64,000 nt of DNA from a virus, in the IMG/VR virus record IMGVR_UViG_3300024581_002488, positions 3,064-67,063 of that record; one strand, written 5' to 3'. This document shows, piece by piece, positions 53,501 to 62,447 of this stretch. Under the pieces are notes generated by a model that was given only the letters and a program-made list of their open reading frames with translations, was not told the origin of the DNA and searched no databases. Position numbers and translations under genes: made by a program. Position 1 is the first letter of the stretch. Every line of letters begins with the position of its first letter.

Positions 53501-54124
53501 TTATGCTAGTGGGTCATCGTCATCATCGTCGTCACCACCTTCTTGGTGGCCTGCACCCATCATGCCATCTAAATCTTCATCATCCCACTCGTCATCAGCG
53601 AAGTCGTCTTCAGCAGATGTACGGCTTGAGAATGATTCATCATCAGCCAGCTTCTGAATGTTGTATAGGCCGAAGGCAGCACCTTTACCGATGTTGTCAT
53701 AGCCGTATACAGTCAATGTTGCGCGACACCAGCAACCTGCGTATAGCTCTTCAGGGTCGTCAATTTCGACGCCATCCAAGTCAATAACACCAGGACGCAT
53801 TTTAGAAGAAGCGGAAGCAAAGCGACAACCATCACCGTAACCGTCTAAATCAGGCTTTTCGTCACCGTCGCGAAGAGGCTGCTTGATGTTAGAAGGAATC
53901 TTTTTACCTTTCGCGATTTTGAACTTGTCACGAATAGCAGTGTCTGCAGCTTTTTCCATAGCTTTAAACGCAGCCAATTGTTTCTTGTTCATCTTCTCAG
54001 GGTAGAACAACATAGAAATGCTGTACTTAGGCGCTGAGCCTTCGTATGACGAAGGAGCGAATACGTTAGGGAAAGATAGACGGAATGGGGGTGTGCGAAG
54101 TTTCACACGTTCTTGCTTAGCCAT
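53501..54124 (-). CDS. ssb: single-stranded DNA-binding protein (DUF2815, T7 gp2.5-like)
   Basis: RLSFPNVFAP..Y.G..PKYS...PLRDGD...LYAGCW.RA...GAAFGLYNIQK..D; acidic tail. Confidence 0.93.
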   Translation of the reverse strand: MAKQERVKLRTPPFRLSFPNVFAPSSYEGSAPKYSISMLFYPEKMNKKQLAAFKAMEKAADTAIRDKFKIAKGKKIPSNIKQPLRDGDEKPDLDGYGDGCRFASASSKMRPGVIDLDGVEIDDPEELYAGCWCRATLTVYGYDNIGKGAAFGLYNIQKLADDESFSSRTSAEDDFADDEWDDEDLDGMMGAGHQEGGDDDDDDDPLA

Positions 54125-54244
54125 AATTGGCCTCCTTATTTTAATTGCACCATGCACGAGTTTACTACTTTTATTTCAAAAGGAGTGTTCTTGTTGAGAA
54201 CGATGTAACTATAAGCTTAGTCACATCGTTCGTATACCAGTATA

Positions 54245-55672
54245 TTACTTACCAGGGATTGCTAGTTCGTCTTCATCGTCGTCATCATTAAAGTCAGATG
54301 CAGCCGAAATACGCACTTCAGCACGTTTATCGCTCATCGGCACTACGGTCGTGCCGCTCGATTCAGATAAGATTAGTGCATCGAGCTCTTCGCAGTCCGG
54401 AAGCAATTTAAGCATCTGAGCCGGTGTGAGTAGTTTCTCTTGAATATACTCGCCCTTCTTAAATCGCTTCTTCTTCATCAGCTTGATAACTGCTTCTTCA
54501 TCCGTGTATTTCTTAGTGGCACGTTTAGCCACACGTTTGAAGCCAGGAATAGTATGCCCATTCATGGTGAAGTTATCAGCTCCTTGCTCAACAGCTTTAA
54601 GCCACTTCTTCAACATCGGCACCCAGAGCATTGCGCGTTGCATTTGCTCCTGGGTTTGAGGCAGAGGAAGAGCATCGAGTTTAGCAGGCGGCTCATCGAC
54701 CATGAAGTCATTTGCGGCATTGGCAATCATCTCTGAGCGGAACTTAGGACAGTCATGCACGGCGTCACACCATTGGCATGCTTCTTCACAAGCATGGAGG
54801 TAAGGCGTGATTGTTTCGATTACTTTAACATTTAAGTAGTCGGGGTCGTCACAATACTGCTCTTCTAACTGCAGGACTTGCTCTTCAACTTCTACACAAA
54901 TTTCAGCAGCTGGGAAGGCAGTGTCTTTGAAGTAGTCATAGATATACTTACCCGTCGTATACCATACACGACATTCACCGCCAGAGTGGAAAGCGCGAGG
55001 TTGCACGATATGTAGAGCCACTTGGTCATACATTGGCAAGTTCTCGCCAGCATAGGCCGCAGCATAGTACATAAGCTGACTGTTATCATCCGGGTCTACC
55101 GCTATGCCTGCGCCATACTTGAAATCGACAATGTGAAGCACACCGTCAATAAACGCTTCCAAGATGAAGTCCGAGGTGCCAAACATATGCTTAAGCCAGT
55201 AGTGCTGAGGCTCTTCACCTTTGACATCCGTCCAAAGGGCATTCAGACTGCCTGACTTCTCAATGAACTCTTCTGAGTCAAATAGACACTGACTGCGGAG
55301 GATGTCAATATACTCAAGGTAACACTGTACCGCACCAGCCATTTCTTCAGTAACAACAAAGACATACTCATGTCCGGTGTCATTCTTAATGTCATCGTCA
55401 GGCACAGACGCATCGAAAAGCGGACCTTCAGGTACAACCTTCATGCCAAGGTATTCTGAAGCATTGGTGTTATGCTCAAGACAGTGTTCACACAAGAAGT
55501 GAGCAGCTGAACCTTCAGCAGCATAGACCGTTTGACCACGTTTAAGTGCCGGGTCGACGCGTAACGAAAGGGACACTGAGCCGTTACAGTTAATCCAGCG
55601 GTGAGAGCCTGATGCGGATAGGACCGCGTGAGCTCGTTCGTCTGGCGTTCTTAAATCTCTATTCTCAGCCAT
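54245..55672 (-). CDS. Cas4-like PD-(D/E)XK exonuclease (DUF2800)
   Basis: HAVLSASGSHRWINC.GS...EGSAAH...GTSD...IVDFKYGAG..V....N.QL..YA...HIVQPR...CQWC. Confidence 0.92.
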   Translation of the reverse strand: MAENRDLRTPDERAHAVLSASGSHRWINCNGSVSLSLRVDPALKRGQTVYAAEGSAAHFLCEHCLEHNTNASEYLGMKVVPEGPLFDASVPDDDIKNDTGHEYVFVVTEEMAGAVQCYLEYIDILRSQCLFDSEEFIEKSGSLNALWTDVKGEEPQHYWLKHMFGTSDFILEAFIDGVLHIVDFKYGAGIAVDPDDNSQLMYYAAAYAGENLPMYDQVALHIVQPRAFHSGGECRVWYTTGKYIYDYFKDTAFPAAEICVEVEEQVLQLEEQYCDDPDYLNVKVIETITPYLHACEEACQWCDAVHDCPKFRSEMIANAANDFMVDEPPAKLDALPLPQTQEQMQRAMLWVPMLKKWLKAVEQGADNFTMNGHTIPGFKRVAKRATKKYTDEEAVIKLMKKKRFKKGEYIQEKLLTPAQMLKLLPDCEELDALILSESSGTTVVPMSDKRAEVRISAASDFNDDDDEDELAIPGK

Positions 55673-55690
55673 ATTGCTCTCCAAAATAAT

Positions 55691-55714
55691 AAGCCAGGAA
55701 TTGCTTCCTGGCTT
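55691..55714 (-). terminator. hairpin terminator
   Basis: AAGCCAGGAA-TTGC-TTCCTGGCTT. Confidence 0.75.
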
Positions 55715-55732
55715 GATCAGTAGAATGGGTTA

Positions 55733-56293
55733 TTATGCTAGTGGGTCGTCGTCGCCGCCACCAATAGCTGTCATCAAATCACCGTACTCGCACTCTTCAA
55801 CGTCTGACAGACACTTAGCTGGAGTCGGAAGGCTGGCTAGGATAGCACCAAGGGCTTTTTTACCAGCAGCTTGTGTTTTGTAACCTTTCATGAACTTACC
55901 TAGTTCTTCTCGGATGTCGTCGAGGGTGTATTCAACGGCTTCGTCAACAGCATTATCTTCATCTGCTTCTTCTTCGCCTTCTTCATCATCCGCTTCAGGT
56001 TCTTCGTCGTCAGTCTGTTCTTCTTCGTCAGACTCTTCTTCAGACTCTTCAGACTCTTCTTCCGAAGCTTCTTCATCTTCTTCAGGGTCTTCTTCTGGCT
56101 CTTCGTCAGCTTCAGCTTCTGCTTCTTCATTAGCCACCTCTTCAGCCGCAGCTTCATCAACTGTTGGCTCTGGACCGTTAGTCACTTGATTATTGACAAC
56201 CGTGGTCGGCAGGGGGCCGCCCGCAATTAGTTCTAGGATTTGCATTGCCAAAGTAGGAGACACTTCAACAGATAATTTAACAGTCTTAGACAT
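55733..56293 (-). CDS. highly acidic protein (replication module)
   Basis: About 70-aa E/D tract; C-terminal helical domain; ends GGGDDDPLA. Confidence 0.85.
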   Translation of the reverse strand: MSKTVKLSVEVSPTLAMQILELIAGGPLPTTVVNNQVTNGPEPTVDEAAAEEVANEEAEAEADEEPEEDPEEDEEASEEESEESEEESDEEEQTDDEEPEADDEEGEEEADEDNAVDEAVEYTLDDIREELGKFMKGYKTQAAGKKALGAILASLPTPAKCLSDVEECEYGDLMTAIGGGDDDPLA

Positions 56294-56378
56294 ATGGGTT
56301 CTTCCTTCTATTCGCTCAATGAACTCGTATATAATAAAGGCTAATGATTGCAGTTAAAACAAGCATTAGCCTAGTATA

Positions 56379-58919
56379 TTACTTTTTAATAGGTGTGACT
56401 TTGGAATTGTCGTTAGCTTTAACAGCTTCGCGGGCTTCTTTGACAAATGCTTGAACATTAACAGGTTTATTATCCTCAGGTTCAAACTCTCGGGCTGTTC
56501 CCTTGGTGTACTTAATACAGTATAGAGCTAGAACTTTAGTACCTTCACCACGAGTCTCAAGCACTGGCTGCCAAAGTTCTTGGTTCCGCACTACTAGAAT
56601 ATCGTCGCGGATATAACCATCTTTGGTACGATACTTGACATCTTGTCTGTACAAGCAGCCTTTATCTTTCAAGTAGGTACACACTGTGCCCTGACGAATC
56701 TTAGTAAAGCCTGCATCTTTAAGCAACTGAATAATGTCTCGTAAACCGAACACATCATATTTAAAGGTGCCTTCTTTATTGTCAATCAAGTAGTCAAGTT
56801 CTGCTTGCCAATCAGAGCGGTTAGCTTTAATCATTTGTTTGAAAGCCTTGGTCTGCTTAGGTAGAACATGTGGATTGAACTTAGAAAGGTCACGAGTTGC
56901 TAATTTATGCATGATAGCAGACAGAGCAGCTTGATAGTCTGGATTCTGAGGTACATTGATATACTCCCATAATTCAGCACACAACTGTTTAATCTCGCTA
57001 TCCAATCGCACTTGAGTCTTGGTATTGATAACGTAGTAGCGGCGCTCACCTTCGTCAGCACGAACTGCATCATCATAGTTAGATGTTAGGATAAAGTCAG
57101 CAAAGTTTTTAGCCTTCACAACATCCATACCTTTACGCTCGACACTGACAATAGTGTTGGCAATGTATTCTTTCAGTTTGTTGGCAATTTCAAGAGTACC
57201 AATATCATGACACTCATCAAGTAGCAGCAAACGTCTATCCATCATCCAACCGTTAAAGTCTTTCTTAACTTGTCCTGCTGATACACTTTGGAAGTTAGAA
57301 GCGCCTACTAATTCACCCATCAGGTTAGCTAACAATGTCTTACCTACCCCGTGGTTACCGATAAGTACAATAGCGAATGACATTTTGTGACCTGGATTCT
57401 GAACAATATGAGACAAGAAGTCTAAAACCACTTCTCGGTCTTCTTTATCAGGAATAGTACGCTCTAAGAAGCGGTCGAAAACAGTAGTGTCGCCAGCTAC
57501 AGGTTTAGTATTCGATGGTCTATAACTATTATAGACGATTGAGCTGCCATCCCGGGGGTCCATTGTGAATAATGCTTCACCTGGTAGATACTCGCGGTCG
57601 TCCACTTTGACCAACAAGCCAATATCAGATGCTGCATCCTCTGCAGACTCTTTGCCTTGGATTAAGCTTTTATAGTGAGATGCAAATGATGAGCGCTTGT
57701 AAATCTTACCAGTGTAGTGGTTGTGAATGCGGTCTTCACCCATGATTGAAATGAGCTTGGCCGTATTAGGTCGCTCTGGAAACATGGCTACTAAACGTTC
57801 AACCTTGGAGTTCTTCTTGACCTCTACTTTTTCATGAGCTGTCATCTCTGGTTTGATTTTGTCGTTTAGCTTTGGGTTAATGACCTGACCGGTCTCAGGA
57901 ATCACAATCTGAAGAGCTTCTTCGCTATAAATATCGTCTTCGTCATCAGATTTAAAGTCAGCGTGCACCGACATGATGCCGAGCGGTTCTTTAGCATATG
58001 TGTAAGCGTGAGCTGCAATACGTTGAAGGTCTTCAAAATCCCATTCTGGGGTACAGCGGGGGTTGTAATATTCTTCAGCCAGCTCAATAGAAGTATCTTC
58101 TGTCAAGCCCATGTCTCGTAGGCGTGCAAATAGTTGGAAGGTGGTGTTATCACCGCCCTCGCCTTCAATTGCAGGTGGATGCTCTGACACACAGTAGAGT
58201 CGACCTCGACTGACCGCGGCATCGGTATCTACATCTTCTTCATCTATTTCACAAGCAACACCTTTAGTTGGAGATTCTGCGGTCTCTTCTAGTTTGGTGC
58301 GATAATGCTCTGGTAGCTCAGCAAAGGCAATTTTACCTTTAGACTCTCGAGTGTAGTACAGCCATTCAAGGTCTTCTTTATATAGAGTCTGATAGTCAAA
58401 ATCACGATACGCAATTTCGCCTTTCTCAGGGTGGTTGAATACCTTGTCAACTAATAAACCTTCAATGACTTGCTTGTCTAATACTATAGAGCCTGGAGCT
58501 ACTACATAGCCACCAACGCCACGAGTATCAACGTCAGTTAATAGACCGCCAGCAGTATTGCCTAAATCATTAGGCTGCTTGAAATAGTAATGAAGACCGC
58601 CTGAAGCAGTCTTGACAGTAAAGGTAGGGGGAATGTCACCATAGAGCATTTCCAGGTCAAACTGAATCTCTTCCGCTGTCTGATGCTTGGTGTCAATATC
58701 GATAACTAGTAAACCGGATTTACCCGTGTCAATACCAATGTTATGACCGCGGTTGACCCACTCGAGGATTTTATCCCAGTCATTAGTAGACTCGTCAGCC
58801 CACATGCCTTTAGGCACTTTACGGTGCTTCTTAATAGGAAATAAGTAGCATCCGTTGTTTACTAGAGCTTTGAATAATCGCTTTCTATTCTTCATGAAAT
58901 CAGCATTTGGTCTGCTCAT
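56379..58919 (-). CDS. bifunctional primase-polymerase / SF3-like helicase (DUF5906)
   Basis: NIGIDTG...VIDID...TASGGLHYYF...DTRG.GGYVVAPGS; GNHGVGKT Walker A; LLLDE; TSN. Confidence 0.93.
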   Translation of the reverse strand: MSRPNADFMKNRKRLFKALVNNGCYLFPIKKHRKVPKGMWADESTNDWDKILEWVNRGHNIGIDTGKSGLLVIDIDTKHQTAEEIQFDLEMLYGDIPPTFTVKTASGGLHYYFKQPNDLGNTAGGLLTDVDTRGVGGYVVAPGSIVLDKQVIEGLLVDKVFNHPEKGEIAYRDFDYQTLYKEDLEWLYYTRESKGKIAFAELPEHYRTKLEETAESPTKGVACEIDEEDVDTDAAVSRGRLYCVSEHPPAIEGEGGDNTTFQLFARLRDMGLTEDTSIELAEEYYNPRCTPEWDFEDLQRIAAHAYTYAKEPLGIMSVHADFKSDDEDDIYSEEALQIVIPETGQVINPKLNDKIKPEMTAHEKVEVKKNSKVERLVAMFPERPNTAKLISIMGEDRIHNHYTGKIYKRSSFASHYKSLIQGKESAEDAASDIGLLVKVDDREYLPGEALFTMDPRDGSSIVYNSYRPSNTKPVAGDTTVFDRFLERTIPDKEDREVVLDFLSHIVQNPGHKMSFAIVLIGNHGVGKTLLANLMGELVGASNFQSVSAGQVKKDFNGWMMDRRLLLLDECHDIGTLEIANKLKEYIANTIVSVERKGMDVVKAKNFADFILTSNYDDAVRADEGERRYYVINTKTQVRLDSEIKQLCAELWEYINVPQNPDYQAALSAIMHKLATRDLSKFNPHVLPKQTKAFKQMIKANRSDWQAELDYLIDNKEGTFKYDVFGLRDIIQLLKDAGFTKIRQGTVCTYLKDKGCLYRQDVKYRTKDGYIRDDILVVRNQELWQPVLETRGEGTKVLALYCIKYTKGTAREFEPEDNKPVNVQAFVKEAREAVKANDNSKVTPIKK

Positions 58920-59155
58920 GTATTAGCCCTCTCGTACATAATACGATTGATTATGTCTTGTTATATGCGTCTTGCAATCTAATTTTTGTCTAGAGTTAAG
59001 GTTTTAGATATTACACACATATAAAGACGCGATAAACCACGTAGTGAATTCGGGTTTACCTGGATACTGCATATCGTTATTATTGCTTTATCGTTCAACC
59101 AACTGATGAACGGTCAAAGTCTATTTCGTGAACACTATAACTTCCTTTTCGTACA

Positions 59156-59189
59156 CCCGCCTTGCGTTATCGTTCGGCGGGTCTTTTTT
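59156..59189 (+). terminator. hairpin plus T-tract in the divergent intergenic region
   Basis: ACCCGCC-loop-GGCGGGT followed by CTTTTTT. Confidence 0.65.
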
Positions 59190-59245
59190 ATGTATCATCT
59201 GGGCGCCTGGGCGGTTTATAGTTATTCTATCAATCACAACGGAGT

Positions 59246-59635
59246 TTGACTATGGAACATAGACCCGCTACCCATCCTAATGAATTTAAAAAGCTAATGC
59301 TTGAAGAAAGGCAAAAGGCCTTTTTGCTCAAGTATGAATACGCCTATGAAGTGGTGCGTAAACTTGCAGCAGGCTTTGATGTCGAAACTAGAGCTTATTC
59401 TAGACGCCAGCAGGGGGCCCTATGGGCGGTACTTCATAGAGTCATGGGTTCTAATCTTCCTATCGCGTGGTATAAAAAGAAGACACCCGAGGCTCTAGCG
59501 AAAGAGATTGGACCTAGTTACTGGGTATTCCATCTCATGACTACAAGTCAAGTTAGAACATATAAATGTGCCCGAGGATACAAGAGGCATTTACAGCGTA
59601 TAGTTAATCGCCCCCATGACGATAATATATGGTAG
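59246..59635 (+). CDS. hypothetical early protein
   Basis: GGAG RBS (start 59246 or 59252). Confidence 0.75.
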   Translation: MTMEHRPATHPNEFKKLMLEERQKAFLLKYEYAYEVVRKLAAGFDVETRAYSRRQQGALWAVLHRVMGSNLPIAWYKKKTPEALAKEIGPSYWVFHLMTTSQVRTYKCARGYKRHLQRIVNRPHDDNIW

Positions 59636-59644
59636 GAAACAATT

Positions 59645-59995
59645 ATGAAAACCCAATTTACTCACACTGCTCAAATAACTCTAGTAGGCATGAATGGCTC
59701 ATTAGGTATAGCGTCTGCTGAGTTTGAAGTCGCGGGCACCAAGAAGCTCGATGGCTCTGAATACCTGGATAGTGTACTAAAAAGCGCTTATGAGGCGGTC
59801 TTGGCAGAACAAAAGGTTACTGTCGACAACGTAGCAGTTAATATCAGCGGTATGTATTCTGCGAATCAATTCCATCGCTATGTCTGTAATGTACTAGTTA
59901 AGGGCACCATGGAGTCAGGCGAAAAAGGCTCATTTAGCGATGAAGTTCACGTGTATGTTGACCGCACTACTTTCAAACCGATTGAGAAGGAATAA
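59645..59995 (+). CDS. hypothetical protein
   Basis: AGGA RBS. Confidence 0.75.
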   Translation: MKTQFTHTAQITLVGMNGSLGIASAEFEVAGTKKLDGSEYLDSVLKSAYEAVLAEQKVTVDNVAVNISGMYSANQFHRYVCNVLVKGTMESGEKGSFSDEVHVYVDRTTFKPIEKE

Positions 59996-59999
59996 CCTT

Positions 60000-60371
60000 A
60001 TGAATCTATTTGTACCGTGTTTTGATGAGTTCCAAGCGTTTATTGACAAGGTAGTTGAAGACAATCCAGGCGACCCGGCAGTATTAGAGCTTCAGCAAAT
60101 TGTTGACAACGGTCGCGATGGCATGGGAGTTCATCAGATTTCAGGCGATGGTAGCAATATCGTTGACAGTGAAGAAGTTTTCAGTATCGTTCAGCTGCAT
60201 AATACATGCTTTGAGTATCCCGAAGGCTTCTTTGACAAGTGGATTCTCGTGGTCACTATGAACTTCAGTCATACTCGTATGGATGTCTTCTGCCATGCTG
60301 AACTTGACCCTGCAGATGTGTACAAACAGCTTCAAGACGATTTCATGCGAAATTGCGGAATTAAAATTTAG
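60000..60371 (+). CDS. hypothetical acidic protein
   Basis: AAGGA RBS before ATG 60000. Confidence 0.75.
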   Translation: MNLFVPCFDEFQAFIDKVVEDNPGDPAVLELQQIVDNGRDGMGVHQISGDGSNIVDSEEVFSIVQLHNTCFEYPEGFFDKWILVVTMNFSHTRMDVFCHAELDPADVYKQLQDDFMRNCGIKI

Positions 60372-60372
60372 A

Positions 60373-60418
60373 GCAAAGGCTCTTTTTGCTCGTTAGGGCA
60401 AAGGCTCTTTTTGCTCGT
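60373..60418 (+). repeat. 2 x 21-bp direct repeat GCAAAGGCTCTTTTTGCTCGT
   Basis: Copies at 60373-60393 and 60398-60418. Confidence 0.95.
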
Positions 60419-60515
60419 GGCCGACTCTCAACTATTATTCACGCCCGGATGATAGTATCAGAGTCGGCCATTTTATTTGCCTGGACTTAAACTAGCTTTA
60501 AATGGATAAAAAACT

Positions 60516-60530
60516 TACTACTATTATATT
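60516..60530 (+). promoter_or_regulatory. early promoter motif TACTACTATTATATT
   Basis: Identical at 60941-60955; 12-bp core at 62403-62414; each precedes an RBS and gene. Confidence 0.75.
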
Positions 60531-60562
60531 GTCAGCGAGACAAATCAACTAAGGATACTGCT

Positions 60563-60919
60563 ATGAAAAACTTTGAAGCAATTATTATCGCATTGGCAAT
60601 CGATGAATTTGAAGGTTGCGATGTTAAGGTACATAAGTACTCTGGCCGCGGTATGAATGGACGAGAGACTTGGGCTGTCACGTCAGAACTAAAAGTGTCT
60701 GATGTAATGGGTTATCTAGCAGGATACTTATTCGGCCGAGATGTCAATGACGTTGCTGAAGAAATCCTAGCGAATACTCATTTATATCCTAATGTACTTG
60801 AAATCCCTCCTTCAGACTATGATTGCACAGACGCCTTAGTGGAAGCTCTTGAAAACGAAGTTGAATTCGTCAAAGGCTTCTCAACTGATAACCTTGGATA
60901 CGATTACGTAATTTACTAG
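60563..60919 (+). CDS. hypothetical protein
   Basis: AAGGA RBS; YSGRGMNGRETWAV...DNLGYDYVIY. Confidence 0.8.
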   Translation: MKNFEAIIIALAIDEFEGCDVKVHKYSGRGMNGRETWAVTSELKVSDVMGYLAGYLFGRDVNDVAEEILANTHLYPNVLEIPPSDYDCTDALVEALENEVEFVKGFSTDNLGYDYVIY

Positions 60920-60978
60920 TATCATTTGGCCTACTGGTTATACTACTATTATATTAAATCAACTGACGGAGTGACCAC

Positions 60979-61485
60979 ATGACTCGTATCAATACACATG
61001 TTCCTATTATCGACGAACACCTTCGTGCTGCTCGCATTGAGTACTGCCGCATCCCTAACAGCGTGCTCAAGTATTTTGATGGCGATTGTATGGAAACCTT
61101 ACATCGCAAGTTGGCTCGTGAGCAACCTCTTCAATACACTGTTCGCACTAATGATAACCCGGCGGGCGGTAAAGGCCACATGCTGTTCTTCTTTGATAAG
61201 CTTATGTTTGTTGAGCAGCAATATCGTGCTGTCTTAGCCGAGTGCGGTCGTCGCGGTTTTGTCAACGATGATTGGTGGCCTTCTGACCGTATCAGCGACA
61301 TTCACCAATTCAACCGCGGTTGGCTTCCTAGCTATCCTGATATAACGCTTTGCAAGACTCGTCAAATTGAACGTATCCCTAAAAAGCCGCATATCTACGG
61401 CCTCCTTGTTACTCGCGAAGAAGCTGAGCTAGCCATAATCGCAGACCGATTACCACGTCGTATCATGGAAGCTATTCATGCGTAA
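60979..61485 (+). CDS. denV: pyrimidine-dimer DNA glycosylase / endonuclease V
   Basis: MTRIN N-terminus, DEHL...E..R, GKGHMLFFFDKL..V..Y.....EC.RRGF, aligned by eye to T4 DenV. Confidence 0.92.
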   Translation: MTRINTHVPIIDEHLRAARIEYCRIPNSVLKYFDGDCMETLHRKLAREQPLQYTVRTNDNPAGGKGHMLFFFDKLMFVEQQYRAVLAECGRRGFVNDDWWPSDRISDIHQFNRGWLPSYPDITLCKTRQIERIPKKPHIYGLLVTREEAELAIIADRLPRRIMEAIHA

Positions 61486-61984
61486 AAGAGTAAAGTGGAA
61501 GCCGCGGTTTAAAGTTGTACCAGGTTCGCAAGGTCGAATCTGGTACATGATTCAATACCAGCAAGGATACAATCCGTGTGAGCTTTATCCACACTACCGT
61601 TTCTATTGGGCTCATCAAGTTCGCTGGTTCATGAAGCTGGATGGTGACAGGCCGACGTACAAAAAGCAACAGCGGGACATGCTTAACTGGAATATTGGCT
61701 TCTTTCAACCTATGTATGGCTGGTATCGCTCTATTTGGGGGCGGGGCGAGCAGACTGATGACATATATGAAATCCAGCGAAGTTGGCCTGGACGCGGAAA
61801 AAGCCGACTACAGTTGATTGTTAATTTCTTGATAGACGAAGGATATGGTTATGCGAAAAGAGGAATCGTTTCCCCTATACTACTTCGGCCCTGCGGTCGA
61901 CCTAGACTTAGCGGACTTAGAAGCACGTTTAGTGAGCTTGCCGCAAGTGGAGAGCGCTGCAGCGAGTCAACAAGTGCACGATGA
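61478..61984 (+). CDS. hypothetical basic/aromatic protein
   Basis: Coupled to denV; 3' end overlaps the next gene. Confidence 0.65.
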   Translation: MRKRVKWKPRFKVVPGSQGRIWYMIQYQQGYNPCELYPHYRFYWAHQVRWFMKLDGDRPTYKKQQRDMLNWNIGFFQPMYGWYRSIWGRGEQTDDIYEIQRSWPGRGKSRLQLIVNFLIDEGYGYAKRGIVSPILLRPCGRPRLSGLRSTFSELAASGERCSESTSAR

Positions 61985-62357
61985 GCTTGTAATGGCAGTC
62001 AAAGGCTGCGATGCTATTGACCCGAACGAACTCGGCGACGCTATTGAGGAGCTGATAAAAACGATGCAAGCCGAGAAGCAGAAACGCAAGAAACGAATCG
62101 TGGTTTTAGGAGCTGGACCTGTTGCGATGCAAGCGGCTCTTAAGTCTTTAGAAGGCCGAGCCGATATTATATACGCTTGTGATGATAAGATAGCTGAACT
62201 TAAAGCTCCTGCGAATCTTCAATTAGACCGGTATATTGAAGCTTTGGACGAGCTGCCTTTTGAAGACTTTGATGTTACCAGTGCACACCTCAATTACGAA
62301 GAGAAGCAGAAGCTGATGACTAAAGGCTGTCGAAGTAAACGGCGTCGGAAGTGGTGA
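61851..62357 (+). CDS. hypothetical protein with PolA-like and Rossmann-like motif fragments
   Basis: DLADLEARLV, QVHDELV, RIVVLGAGPVAMQAAL; AAGGA RBS. Confidence 0.7.
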   Translation: MRKEESFPLYYFGPAVDLDLADLEARLVSLPQVESAAASQQVHDELVMAVKGCDAIDPNELGDAIEELIKTMQAEKQKRKKRIVVLGAGPVAMQAALKSLEGRADIIYACDDKIAELKAPANLQLDRYIEALDELPFEDFDVTSAHLNYEEKQKLMTKGCRSKRRRKW

Positions 62358-62377
62358 GCAAATTCTGGAGTTAAACT

Positions 62378-62401
62378 AGCGTCTTTCGGGACGCTTTTTT
62401 A
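62378..62401 (+). terminator. rho-independent terminator
   Basis: AGCGTC-TTTCGG-GACGCT followed by a T-tract. Confidence 0.85.
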
Positions 62402-62447
62402 TTACTATTATATTAAGCATGTAAACAACGCAACTAAGGAGGCGCCC

